Assembly (NCBI GenBank): GCA_050633245.1
Contig: JBOEGD010000004.1
Location: 223,220 to 281,205 of the forward strand
Source: Calditrichia bacterium
GTDB lineage: Bacteria; Calditrichota; Calditrichia; RBG-13-44-9; J075
Direction: 5' to 3'
DNA length: 57,986 nucleotides
Of the stretch, positions 10,799 to 20,830 are shown in pieces; the first letter of the stretch is position 1, and each line of letters begins with the position of its first letter. The translations under genes and the position numbers were made by a program. Below the pieces are notes generated by a model. It did no database searches. It saw only the letters and a program-made list of their open reading frames with translations, and had not been told where the DNA came from.

Positions 10799-11305
10799 AT
10801 AGTCATGAAGAGTCCGCTTATCAGCTTTCAGGATATTTATAAGAAATACGCGAATGATGTGTTTCGATTTGCCTTCTACCTATGTGGCAATCAGGATGAT
10901 GCAAAAGATATTACTTCCGAAACCTTTGTGCGCCTATGGACATCCCGGAATTCGTTGATTGATAAAACACTAAAAGCCTTCCTCTTTACAATTGCCAGGA
11001 ATTTGTTTCTACAGCGTGTCCGAAATAGAAAACGACAAGTCGATTTCGATTCTCAGTGGATAGATCCTACGCCCTTACCAGATTCTGCTTACGCGACACG
11101 CCTGGAGTTGAAAGCTGTGCTGAAGGCCATGCAGGGGCTTCCTGATGTGGATAGGATGGCTCTTCTAATGAAAACACAACACGACTTCTCATATGGCGAG
11201 ATTGCTGAGATTTTGAACATTTCTGTGGCCGCAATAAAAGTAAAGATACATCGATCGCGAATAAAACTACTTGAATTCTCATCGTTGGAAAAGGAGAATG
11301 AATGA
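10790..11305 (+). CDS. ECF RNA polymerase sigma factor (start may be ATG 10805)
   Basis: Region 2 DAKDITSETFVRLW...FLFTIARN; region 4 SYGEIAEILNISVAAIKVKIHRSR. Confidence 0.93.
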   Translation: MDIIVMKSPLISFQDIYKKYANDVFRFAFYLCGNQDDAKDITSETFVRLWTSRNSLIDKTLKAFLFTIARNLFLQRVRNRKRQVDFDSQWIDPTPLPDSAYATRLELKAVLKAMQGLPDVDRMALLMKTQHDFSYGEIAEILNISVAAIKVKIHRSRIKLLEFSSLEKENE

Positions 11306-11730
11306 ACATAACTAATCAGATTATTATTGACCTGTTTCCTCTCTATCAAGCGGGGGAGGCAAGTGAGGACACAGAGCGTTTAATTGCTGACTATTTTCGG
11401 TTGCATCCGAAATTCGCTGAAGAGTTAAGTCAACTATCAAAGGTCGAGCATATCCAAGATTTGCCCGTAACGCTAACATCGGAGGATGAAATGTCTACTC
11501 TTAATAAAACGAAACGTCTTTTGAAAATTCGCTCTGTCCTTTTTGGGGCAGCATTGTTCTTCTCATGTCTGCCACTAGCATTCGGTGATATTTCAGCCTC
11601 GAATGAGCCGGGAGTCCATTGGTTGTGGACAAATTTCCCTGAAGGGGCTTTTGCTACAGGTTTTGTTGGGCTGATTTGTTGGGCAGGATATTTTTACTTG
11701 AAAAAACAGTTAAGTGTTACTGCATTATAA
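11302..11730 (+). CDS. Probable membrane anti-sigma factor
   Basis: ATGA overlap with the sigma gene; N-terminal DLFPLY..GEASEDT..LI (zf-HC2-like helix lacking Cys); two C-terminal TM helices. Confidence 0.75.
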   Translation: MNITNQIIIDLFPLYQAGEASEDTERLIADYFRLHPKFAEELSQLSKVEHIQDLPVTLTSEDEMSTLNKTKRLLKIRSVLFGAALFFSCLPLAFGDISASNEPGVHWLWTNFPEGAFATGFVGLICWAGYFYLKKQLSVTAL

Positions 11731-11906
11731 GTTAACTACTTGGAACCTCTGTGTTTAGCTGGCGAATGTCCTGTAAATGTCACGTTTTGTCACCTGATTG
11801 TTAGATCGCTGAGCTCTGATTGGCTAATTTATAATCAAAACGGACAAAGAGCGAATATGCAAGCCATGGCTGTTGATGTTGGCAGTAAGCTTTAGGGGGT
11901 AAAAGT

Positions 11907-12245
11907 ATGTGTTTTTTAGAATATGACGGGATTGTAAAAGTGATCATTAATCCGAGTGGCCAATCGGATGAGGATAATGCAGTAATCATCAGAACGTTAA
12001 ATACAGCAGAAACGGAGCAGTACTGCCTTCTCGTTGAAGAGGGATATTCTGAAGACACAATCTTCGAGGAGATGTTTCCTGAATATACAGATGCATTAAA
12101 TGAAGAGGTTGAGACTGAGTCAAAGCCGGCAACTAAAAGTGATTTGGCCAAATCTATCCGAGATAGAATTGGCAAGCAACTTCCATCACTGGAAAAAATG
12201 ACGAAGGCGGATTTAAATATACTAGAGCAAAAGTTGAAGACTTAG
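11907..12245 (+). CDS. Hypothetical small acidic protein
   Basis: 112-aa ORF with purine-rich RBS (aggggg) filling the intergenic gap; no family recognised. Confidence 0.6.
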   Translation: MCFLEYDGIVKVIINPSGQSDEDNAVIIRTLNTAETEQYCLLVEEGYSEDTIFEEMFPEYTDALNEEVETESKPATKSDLAKSIRDRIGKQLPSLEKMTKADLNILEQKLKT

Positions 12246-12285
12246 CGAAGAGAAGAATCGCCGGGCAAGTCTGCAATTAAATGAA

Positions 12286-13305
12286 CTAGAAATATAATTG
12301 AAGCCCAAGGTTTAGATTAATATAAGAAAGTTCCTCGCCATCCTCAGAGGTGAGAGTTTGTCCATTCAACTCAACCTCCTTAATTGAGGCTCCAAGCAAA
12401 GAGAGCGAACCGCCAATAGCGATGTTGGGCGTTAGAAAACGTTCAACGCTAATGTCGAAATGACCACCAAATGTGGATCCTGAAATTGTTGCGTCAAGAG
12501 TCTCAGTAGTGCCGTTGTCGCTAATACGTATGCTTCCGTTATTATCAAGATTAACTACTCCAAGGCTGATATTACCAACCACCATTATTTTTTTTGCGTC
12601 GAAATATGATCGCTGTGAAAACCCAACCCCCCAGAAGCTAATGGTTATATTATCCTCGACCTCTGCCGAAACGACAATACCATTTTCAAGTTCCAGGCTG
12701 AGGTCTTGCGCAGAATTCGATGATATAAAGCGCGAATGGGTGAGACTTATTCCATATTTTCCCCAAGGGAAAATCGAAGCGCTTCCGGCCAGCGCTTTTC
12801 CGGATTTGAGAGCGCCAAGATAATCTTCTTCAAAAGAGTTTAGCCCATCGGGAAGTTTGGTCGTTCGTCTGGCATATCCTCCGCTGAAACTAATTCTGGA
12901 TTTTGGAAGCCCAGCCATAACCTTGTCTTCCACATCCACGTCGTTCAGTAGTGTTCCAATTTCTGAGTTTTGTGGATTGATTGCCAGGTCTGGAGCTGTC
13001 CTTTCTTCGGCCATGCTATCGGCATTGATCATCGTAACTGTAGCGGGAAGCTCTCCGTCATAGATTTTTAGCTCCGAAGCCATGTGCGTTTTGAAGCGGG
13101 AACTATTATAGCCAATAGTATCCTCCTTTTGCAGAACTATCTTTTTACCCTTGCTGGTCCAAATAGTAAGCGTTGTGGTTGTTTCTTCACCCTCAAGAAC
13201 ATTAACGTTAAACCATGCCTCACCATTTTTTAAATACACTTCGTCTGCCATGCCTGTGCCAATAAGAAAAACTAAAAGTAAGATGCTGAATGTGGTTAGC
13301 TTCAT
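12286..13305 (-). CDS. Outer-membrane beta-barrel protein with small N-terminal domain
   Basis: Signal peptide; DEVYLKNGE N-terminal module; amphipathic strands; ends YINLNLGLQLYF (terminal Phe). Confidence 0.75.
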   Translation of the reverse strand: MKLTTFSILLLVFLIGTGMADEVYLKNGEAWFNVNVLEGEETTTTLTIWTSKGKKIVLQKEDTIGYNSSRFKTHMASELKIYDGELPATVTMINADSMAEERTAPDLAINPQNSEIGTLLNDVDVEDKVMAGLPKSRISFSGGYARRTTKLPDGLNSFEEDYLGALKSGKALAGSASIFPWGKYGISLTHSRFISSNSAQDLSLELENGIVVSAEVEDNITISFWGVGFSQRSYFDAKKIMVVGNISLGVVNLDNNGSIRISDNGTTETLDATISGSTFGGHFDISVERFLTPNIAIGGSLSLLGASIKEVELNGQTLTSEDGEELSYINLNLGLQLYF

Positions 13306-13391
13306 TTTGTCCTTTGACAGTAAATTAACCGGATTGTTTTCTACATATTTGACGTTTAATAAAGAATTCTGAAAAATAAATTCTGTTTTAT

Positions 13392-16300
13392 CTACTCTTG
13401 TTCAGGGTTTTCAGGTGTGTTCTGAGTCGGTAATACAATTATAAATGTGCTTCCGATGTTCGGATTACTTTTAACCAATATTTTGCCGAAATGACGATGA
13501 ACAATTGATTGACTGATAAACAAACCCATTCCGGCTTTTATTCGGCCATCCTGTTGCTGAAATCCCGCCTCAAAAAGGTTTTTTATTTGATCGGCAGGAA
13601 TTCCACAACCTGTGTCCTTAATGCTGATGTTGATGTTGTTGTCTTCTTCAGCAGTATGAATTGTAATCGTGCCATTGCCTTTAATCGCCTGCACGGCATT
13701 GCTTAGCAGATGCATAAATACTTGATTAAGCTCGCCCGGATGGCAATAGAAATCGGGGATATCTCCAAAGAGTTTTTCTATGGTTATATGTTCTAAATCC
13801 TGATCGAGTAATGCTAATGTGCTATTGATTCCTTCATGAAGATTGGCCATTTGTTGCGGTGCCTCATCAAGTCGAGAAAAATTCTTGAGTCTTTCGAGCA
13901 ACTTTGAAACGCGTTCTCCCGCGTTGGTCATTAGCTCGCTATTGTTCTTAAGAATGGTTAAGTATTTTCCGAAATGTTTCGGCGTAAGCGGAATATCTGA
14001 ATCTACAACTGAATTGAGTGTCGCTTCCAATCTTTCAGAACTGCGAATAGAAGTGTCTGCACTGCTACGAATAGCACCAATCGGAGTATTTATTTCATGA
14101 GCGATACCTGCGGTAAGTTTGCCGATTGAAGCCATCTTCTCTGATTGAAACAGCAGGGTTTGTGTGCGTTCGAGCTCGGCATGCCTCTCGACTCGGCGAG
14201 TAATATCTCTGACAATCCCGGTAATATATCGACCCTCATCAGCATCCCAGGCCGCCAGTGAGAGTTCGAGAGGGAATTCCGATCCATCTTGCCTAAGGCC
14301 ATGCATTTCAGCAATGCCACCGATTAGACGTCCTCTACCGGTTTCGACAAACTCTTGCAGCCCGATTTCATGCTTTTCACGATAGCGTTCGGGCATTAAG
14401 ATGGTGATTGGTTGTCCGAGAATCTCATCGGTTTTATAACCAAATATTGTTTCTGCCCGCCGATTCCACAGGGTAATATTACCATTAGCATCTGCAGTAA
14501 TAATGGCGTCATTTGCGGATTCAGTAACAGATTGGAATAGATTTTTTGACCTCTTTAATTCGCTCAGTAATGTGCTAAGCTGATCGTTCTTTTGCGCAAG
14601 TTCATGGTTCTTCTCCAGTGTGAGTTCTGTTTCACGGAGTTTTGCAAGTTCTTTTTCGCGCTTGCGAATGAGTTCCGCCGCGATCATAAATAAAGTGTAG
14701 AGTAGGGTGAAAGTCGTAGCAAAAGCGAGAAAGTAGAACCAATATGAGCGATACCAGGGAGGGCGAATTTTAAAGCGAAATGAATCGGCCGAAGAGATGT
14801 TGCCATAAATGTCTTTTGCTGTGACGCTGAAGCGATAGTCACCCTCTCTAAGGTTGGTATAGTCCCGTTGCGTAACGCTTGTCCATTGTGATGGCTCATG
14901 ATCGAATCCCTCCAGGAAGTAATGATAGCTATTCCCATCGGGATTATCATATGCTGTTGCCGCAAACTCAAAACGCAATGGATTAGGCCCATATTCCAAT
15001 ACCACGCTGCTTTCGTTTTTGTTGCCCGCGAAGAGTATCGAATCCTGTTGAAGTGTTACCTGTCTTATGAGCGCATTAAATGGGGCTCGTTCTTTTCCTG
15101 CTTCAGCAACTTCGTAACGTATAAGGCCCTCAGTTCCACCAAACCAAACGATATTCTCATCTGTCGGATCGGGATAAATGTCCCAAATGGAAAAATAGTC
15201 AGCTGCGCGAGATAGGGGAGTGCCAGACCAGCTCCAGGCGCGTTTTACGTTTTTTTGCAAAACGCAGATCTCTATAAAGTTCTCTAAAGGTTTACCTCGC
15301 TCTATCCAAACTCTACCTGCATGGTCCTCCGCAACTCTATGAATGGCAAACGTGCTATCTGCTGCCTCCACAAGATCTGTTGCTGGTAAAAAATGCTCTT
15401 TCCCGCCGTCAAAATAGCGTAAGCCCTTGCCTGTGGCAAAGTAGACTTCACCGGCAATGGTGTAGGTATTGACCTCTCCTTCCGGAAGCTTAGCAGACTG
15501 ATTGTATGATTTAAATACTGCTGGCGTCTTTGGAGTTGCTACATGTCTTACCAGTGATGAATAGCTTGCCATCGACACACCCTGAAATTGACTTCCCAGC
15601 CACAGGGCGTCTGATTTATCTCGTGTAATTGAGCGCACTTCGCGCTTAAATCCTTCAACTTTCTTCACAAATTGCCAGCCGCTCTTTCCCTCGCGCAACT
15701 GGGCCAGGCCATTTGCCATGCCGATCCAAATGAGGTTTAAATTAACATCTATGCGGGATAAGCAAAATGTCGGCTCTTTGTTTAGTTGCTGAATGGCGGA
15801 GCCGGAAGCAGATACCTGAAATACTCCATCGCTGGTTGCGACAAGTAGAAACTCTCCGGTTGAAAGTAAATCCCAGGTTTGTGTAGAGATCCCATCTACT
15901 CGCGCAAACTGTGGCGATTGGCCCGGTTGAGTTTCATTAAGGTAAAACAACCCTGCATTTGTTGCCGCATAGAGCGTTCCTTTAAAGCGAACAACCGCTT
16001 CTACATTGCCGGTTAAGCCATACGTCTTGGACAGAACACTTAGCTGACTATTTGCTTCTACTCTGACAATTCCATTGTTTTGTGCAAGCCAGAGTCCACC
16101 CTGCATGTCGTTGCCCAATCCCCAAATGGTATTGTCATTTAAGCCTGTGGTGTTGTCCAGGCGAGTTATCAGCTTGCCGGAAGAATCAATGAGCGCCAGG
16201 CCACCGCGTAGCGTGGCGATGGCAATGGTATTGTTGGGTTGTAAAACCGCATCATATATTTCACTCTCTTGCAGAAGGTCGTCTATCTCAGTCGGGAAGG

Positions 16301-17102
16301 CTGTAATATTTCCTCTATCATACAACTCGAGTGCGTTATTTCGACCACCGACTAAGAGCTTTTGACCCAGTGGCAACAACATGTCGACAAGTTGTGTTGC
16401 GAAGTGTTCTCCATTTTCAATCAATTCAAGACGCCCGCCGTTTAATCTTTTTAGCCCAACCTCTCGTTCGCGCACATAAAAATCGGTGTTCACCGTAAAT
16501 GAACGATGAAAACGCGTAGATGGCTTCAAAGTGGTAAGTGAGTCGCCTTCCAGGATAAAAATATGTGAGCTGCCGCGAAAAATTGTTCTCCCTGGTAGAA
16601 TATGTACTTTCCAGATGTTGCCGAACTGTAGGTTTTGCTCGTTAACCAGATTGAGGAGAGATTTATAGTGAAACTGGCCAAGAGAGTCCGCTTTTAGATA
16701 GCCAAAGTCGCTATGAGCGCCTACGAATAGTCTACCGGTTTCATCAATTGCCAAGGTTCTGGCAACGCTGCGGTTCGGGAGGGAGTGAAGTCGCCAGTTG
16801 ACACCGTCATATTCCAGGACACCCGCAGTATTGCCAAAAAACATAACCCCACGTTTATCTTGCACAACGGCCCAATTCTGAGCATGCGCGCGATACTCTC
16901 TTGGTGAATACGTCTGCAAAAATGGTGAACCATGTTCCTGCTGTGCGGTGAGTTTCGATGAAATTAAAAGCTGAAGAAGCAAAACTACTGCCAGTGTTTT
17001 AAGCAGTCGGAAGGGCCTAATCATGAATGTCCTTTTAACGCAAGAAGTGAATCGAGTTCGGGTGTGAGAACGGGTTGCTAAAATATACGAATCGCGTGCC
17101 AT
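13392..17102 (-). CDS. Beta-propeller/Y_Y_Y periplasmic-sensor histidine kinase with PAS domain (likely start 17024)
   Basis: QNWAVVQDKRG propeller repeats; YHYFLEGFD...YTNLREGDYRFSV (Y_Y_Y); PPWYRS then TM; PAS; EKMASIGKLTAGIAHEINTP; DTGCGIP. Confidence 0.93.
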   Translation of the reverse strand: MARDSYILATRSHTRTRFTSCVKRTFMIRPFRLLKTLAVVLLLQLLISSKLTAQQEHGSPFLQTYSPREYRAHAQNWAVVQDKRGVMFFGNTAGVLEYDGVNWRLHSLPNRSVARTLAIDETGRLFVGAHSDFGYLKADSLGQFHYKSLLNLVNEQNLQFGNIWKVHILPGRTIFRGSSHIFILEGDSLTTLKPSTRFHRSFTVNTDFYVREREVGLKRLNGGRLELIENGEHFATQLVDMLLPLGQKLLVGGRNNALELYDRGNITAFPTEIDDLLQESEIYDAVLQPNNTIAIATLRGGLALIDSSGKLITRLDNTTGLNDNTIWGLGNDMQGGLWLAQNNGIVRVEANSQLSVLSKTYGLTGNVEAVVRFKGTLYAATNAGLFYLNETQPGQSPQFARVDGISTQTWDLLSTGEFLLVATSDGVFQVSASGSAIQQLNKEPTFCLSRIDVNLNLIWIGMANGLAQLREGKSGWQFVKKVEGFKREVRSITRDKSDALWLGSQFQGVSMASYSSLVRHVATPKTPAVFKSYNQSAKLPEGEVNTYTIAGEVYFATGKGLRYFDGGKEHFLPATDLVEAADSTFAIHRVAEDHAGRVWIERGKPLENFIEICVLQKNVKRAWSWSGTPLSRAADYFSIWDIYPDPTDENIVWFGGTEGLIRYEVAEAGKERAPFNALIRQVTLQQDSILFAGNKNESSVVLEYGPNPLRFEFAATAYDNPDGNSYHYFLEGFDHEPSQWTSVTQRDYTNLREGDYRFSVTAKDIYGNISSADSFRFKIRPPWYRSYWFYFLAFATTFTLLYTLFMIAAELIRKREKELAKLRETELTLEKNHELAQKNDQLSTLLSELKRSKNLFQSVTESANDAIITADANGNITLWNRRAETIFGYKTDEILGQPITILMPERYREKHEIGLQEFVETGRGRLIGGIAEMHGLRQDGSEFPLELSLAAWDADEGRYITGIVRDITRRVERHAELERTQTLLFQSEKMASIGKLTAGIAHEINTPIGAIRSSADTSIRSSERLEATLNSVVDSDIPLTPKHFGKYLTILKNNSELMTNAGERVSKLLERLKNFSRLDEAPQQMANLHEGINSTLALLDQDLEHITIEKLFGDIPDFYCHPGELNQVFMHLLSNAVQAIKGNGTITIHTAEEDNNINISIKDTGCGIPADQIKNLFEAGFQQQDGRIKAGMGLFISQSIVHRHFGKILVKSNPNIGSTFIIVLPTQNTPENPEQE

Positions 17103-17129
17103 GATTGCAATGATGCTTACATCTTCACC

Positions 17130-17155
17130 AATTGTAAATTCGATTTTTTACAATT
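17130..17155. promoter_or_regulatory. Inverted repeat AATTGTAAA-N8-TTTACAATT in the divergent promoter region
   Basis: Perfect 9-bp arms at 17130-17138 and 17147-17155, between the kinase gene and the cytochrome cluster. Confidence 0.5.
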
Positions 17156-17295
17156 TTTAACTTTTCTGATTTTTTTTTGCAAGTTTTTGCAATGTTCGCA
17201 ATCTAAGAGTATAGATGATCCAGTGAATCACAGTCCGCTTTATGGGATTTGGTATGGGGATACATTAGCCAATCACAATTCAAGCGGGTAATTCA

Positions 17296-19347
17296 ATGTT
17301 AATTCGATCTGTTTGCGTGCAGTCTCAGTTCTCTCAAATCGTTATTTATCTGTTCCTTTTTCTATTGTGTCTTTTTGTAACCTCTGGTTGGGCTCAGGAA
17401 GATAGTCTGGACGCCAAGGCTGCTCATGATGCATTGTTTGCAGAGAGTCGGTTTCCATCGGCTTCTACCTGCAAAACCTGTCATGCCAGCCACTATGAGG
17501 AATGGTCTGTCTCTGCACATGCCTATGCGCAGCTGAGTCCGGTATTTAATGCTATGCATGCAGAGATCGTACAACGCACTAATGGTACCAATGGCGACTT
17601 TTGCATCCGCTGTCACACTCCTGTAGGCATGAATCTCGAAGAGCCGGTCTTTATGTCGAACCTCGATCGACATCCGACCTCCCGTGAGGGGATTACCTGC
17701 ATTTCCTGTCATCGTGTGAACAAGCCTTATGGCAAGATTAGTGGACGCCAGGCATTGCTCGAAGGCGACATTTTTGATAAGGTTTATGGCAGCCGCGGCA
17801 ATGTAAATCTCCAAGAGGCAGTTGAGAGCGGTAAATATAATATCCAACCACAACGGGGCAAGGCCGGTCGACCGGTACACGCCGAAGCCGAAAAGTCTTT
17901 CTATTTGGTTACCCCATCCTTTTGCGGAAGTTGTCACGACGTGAACCTCTTCAATGGGTTTCGTTTGGAGGAAGCCTTTAGCGACTTTAAAACCTCACCC
18001 GCTTCGGGCCAGGGAATTACCTGCCAGGATTGTCATATGGGTAAACAGCCTGGCGTATTCCTTGGTGAAGACAATTACGACATTGCACCAGCTGCCGTTA
18101 TCGGTGGCCGACCGACACCACCACGCAAGCGAACCAATCATATGTTTGCCGGGCCGGATTACTCAATCGTGCATCCGGGAATCTTTCCACATAATGTCGA
18201 AGCTCAAAAACTCGCTACGCTTCGTGAATGGCTTCAGTTTGACTACAAGGCGGGATGGGGAGAAGATGAATTTGAGGAACAAATTGATGAAGACAACGAA
18301 TTTCCAACCTATCAGTTGAGGGATATTTCTTTTAGCAAGTTGAAGGCAGACCGTGTGCCCAATTCCATATTGGAAAGGCTATCCGGATTGAACAATACCG
18401 TTATTCAAACTGAAGATGACTTTCTCAGACATCTTGCCAGGACTGGTGTCTACAAGATAGTTGAATACAAGGAGCCAATCCTGAAGCACGCCAGGATCGA
18501 TCTGGATAAGTTCCGCTGGGGTACGCGCGATGATCGTGTTGAAGGAAGAGACATAATTAAAACGAATCAGGACCTGTTGGAAAAAATCAGCGAGCAGCGT
18601 CATCAGGTGCTGCGCGCCGGAATTGTTCTCGGTGATATCGTTGTGGATCAGGTAGACAACGATAAGATTAAATTTAAGGTGCAGGTTAGCAACGGTACTA
18701 ATGGACACAGTGTACCAACGGGATTCGATGCAGAACGCCTCTTTTATTTGCGAGTTACCGTTCTGGATAAAAATGACAATGTCGTTTTCGAATCCGGCGA
18801 TCTGGATCCCAACGGAGATGTGAGGGATTTACACTCTCTGTATGTGCACGATGGAAAGTTGCCATTAGATGAGCAATTATTCAGTCTGCAGTCCAGATTC
18901 CTGGTACGCATGAACCGCGGTGGTGAACGCGAGCAGGTGCTTGCCGTTAATTATTCACTCGATCCGCTTCCATTTATCCGACCGTCTACACGTTCCACGG
19001 CAATCCTTGGGCGTCCGGTTGGTGCGCGTAAACACCGTCAGGTTATTCCACCATTGCAGAGTCGCTGGCCGGAATATGTCGTCTCAGAGGATGATTTGAA
19101 AGGAACATCCGGTCCCTACCAGTTAAACGTAAAATTTATTGCCCAGATGGTACCAATAAACCTGATTTTCGAGATTCAAAGTGTGGGGTTTGACTACAAT
19201 ATGTCGCCTCGTGAGATTGCCGACGCCATTTTGGCTGGACAACAGGTGCTATACGACAGAACGATTCCGCTTGAAACGGGCCGATTTACACCAAGCGATG
19301 CAAGAATTCTTTCCAACCACTCAACCAGCAATTTGGGAGGAAATTAA
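17296..19347 (+). CDS. Exported pentaheme cytochrome c (c554-like N-terminal domain)
   Basis: Signal peptide; CKTCH, CIRCH, CISCH, CGSCH, CQDCH; CxxCH..YEEW..SAH pattern; C-terminal GHSVPTG Ig-like region. Confidence 0.92.
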   Translation: MLIRSVCVQSQFSQIVIYLFLFLLCLFVTSGWAQEDSLDAKAAHDALFAESRFPSASTCKTCHASHYEEWSVSAHAYAQLSPVFNAMHAEIVQRTNGTNGDFCIRCHTPVGMNLEEPVFMSNLDRHPTSREGITCISCHRVNKPYGKISGRQALLEGDIFDKVYGSRGNVNLQEAVESGKYNIQPQRGKAGRPVHAEAEKSFYLVTPSFCGSCHDVNLFNGFRLEEAFSDFKTSPASGQGITCQDCHMGKQPGVFLGEDNYDIAPAAVIGGRPTPPRKRTNHMFAGPDYSIVHPGIFPHNVEAQKLATLREWLQFDYKAGWGEDEFEEQIDEDNEFPTYQLRDISFSKLKADRVPNSILERLSGLNNTVIQTEDDFLRHLARTGVYKIVEYKEPILKHARIDLDKFRWGTRDDRVEGRDIIKTNQDLLEKISEQRHQVLRAGIVLGDIVVDQVDNDKIKFKVQVSNGTNGHSVPTGFDAERLFYLRVTVLDKNDNVVFESGDLDPNGDVRDLHSLYVHDGKLPLDEQLFSLQSRFLVRMNRGGEREQVLAVNYSLDPLPFIRPSTRSTAILGRPVGARKHRQVIPPLQSRWPEYVVSEDDLKGTSGPYQLNVKFIAQMVPINLIFEIQSVGFDYNMSPREIADAILAGQQVLYDRTIPLETGRFTPSDARILSNHSTSNLGGN

Positions 19348-19348
19348 T

Positions 19349-20830
19349 ATGAAGATCAGTCATGTGGAAGTCTTGCATACAAGGATTTATCTAATTAAGA
19401 ATGTCTTCGCATTTCTCTTGACGCTGCTATTGGTTTTGACTCCGTCATTAGCTGCAGACGAAAAAGACGAGAAGTCTGGTAAGGATGTACATGCAGATGA
19501 TAATCATAGTCGGTTATCTGATGTACCAATCCCGTTACAGCTTGATGATTTTCCGGGACGAACACCACCATTGTTTGAATGGCCAAATCGTTTTCTGGGT
19601 AATGGAAATTTGTCCAAGGGATTTCAGCTGCCAACGGGTGCAGTGTGGCAACCCTACCTGGTTGTGTTTGGTAATTATCGCAGCGGCCTCCAGCATTTTA
19701 ATACATCACGGGATAATTCTATCTCGGAATGGGCGAACAACCTCGATCTGTTTGCAAATCTATATCTCACCTTTACAGAACGAATTCTTATTGGTTTTCA
19801 ACCATTACAGCAGGACGGTGGTTTTACCGGATTCAACTTCAATAGTGCAAATCAGGGCTTTCAGGATCGCACCAATTTTAATATCACAACCTTGTTCTTT
19901 GAAGGAGACTTCGGAGAGCTGTTTCCATTCCTGGATAAACACGACTCGAAACATTGGGATATAGGGTTCTCCGTTGGTCGTCAGCTGCTGAACTTTCAGG
20001 AAGGCCTACTGATAAACGACATCGTTGATGCCGTTGGCGTAACCAGCGTAAATCTAAAATTGCCATCAACTATTAATACGCGAGTTACTTTGCTCTATGG
20101 CTGGAATCAGTTGAATCGCACCGCCACACCCGGCAGTAACTTCGAAGATGATTTGGCATCAATGACTGCCCTATTTACCGAGACAGACTGGCAAAAAAGT
20201 ACGGTAGCCTTCGACGCCATTTATGTGAATGGCGATAGTACGGCAGGTGATGGTCTGTATTATGGAATTGATGCCGTACAGCGCATGGGACATTTCAACA
20301 CGTCTTTTCGCCTGGTTGGTTCACAACCAATCGGTGTTGAGACAGATTACAACTCGAGTGGTCTGGTACTATTCGGTGAAGTCTCTAAAACCCCAATTGG
20401 CACACATAACCACCTATACCTTAATGGTTACTGGGGGATAAACAAATTTCGATCGGCGGCACGTTCACCGGCAGCAGGCGGGGCCCTGGGAAGAACCGGA
20501 ATACTATATAGTGCTGTCGGGTTAGGACAATTTGGTTCTGCCCTCAATAATTTTGCAGATGATTCCTTTGGCGCAGCACTTGGCTATCAAATGTTCTTCT
20601 CGCATAACCGTAAACAATTGATTCTGGAAGCAGGAAGCCGTTACGCAACGAATATTAGTGGTCAGAGGGCAACAGCGTTTGGTGCACGCTTCCAAACGGC
20701 TATTAGACAGCGTTTTATTCTGGCCCTGGATGGATTCTCTGCATATGACTATAGCAATAGTGCATCACAATTTAGCACGACTAGCAACTTCCAATTTGGG
20801 AGCCGACTTGAATTCCAGGTGAAGCTGTGA
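19349..20830 (+). CDS. Predicted outer-membrane beta-barrel porin
   Basis: ATG 19349 follows GGAGG at 19336-19340; signal peptide ending SLAA; aromatic/Gly-rich amphipathic strands; ends FGSRLEFQVKL; lies between two cytochrome genes. Confidence 0.75.
   Translation: MKISHVEVLHTRIYLIKNVFAFLLTLLLVLTPSLAADEKDEKSGKDVHADDNHSRLSDVPIPLQLDDFPGRTPPLFEWPNRFLGNGNLSKGFQLPTGAVWQPYLVVFGNYRSGLQHFNTSRDNSISEWANNLDLFANLYLTFTERILIGFQPLQQDGGFTGFNFNSANQGFQDRTNFNITTLFFEGDFGELFPFLDKHDSKHWDIGFSVGRQLLNFQEGLLINDIVDAVGVTSVNLKLPSTINTRVTLLYGWNQLNRTATPGSNFEDDLASMTALFTETDWQKSTVAFDAIYVNGDSTAGDGLYYGIDAVQRMGHFNTSFRLVGSQPIGVETDYNSSGLVLFGEVSKTPIGTHNHLYLNGYWGINKFRSAARSPAAGGALGRTGILYSAVGLGQFGSALNNFADDSFGAALGYQMFFSHNRKQLILEAGSRYATNISGQRATAFGARFQTAIRQRFILALDGFSAYDYSNSASQFSTTSNFQFGSRLEFQVKL

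Noticed and set aside
17085-17102. Sigma-54 promoter on the minus strand (TGGCACG...; a similar word near 44386-44402)
   Set aside because: Both give GG-N10-GT rather than the required GG-N10-GC.
17362-17937. 191-aa antisense ORF and the many other short nested ORFs (e.g. 25935..26447, 21119..21589)
   Set aside because: They lie within well-supported genes and show no recognisable motifs.
19181-19348. ORF-track start of the porin at 19181
   Set aside because: It overlaps the upstream gene by 167 nt; ATG 19349 has a GGAGG RBS and follows the upstream stop.
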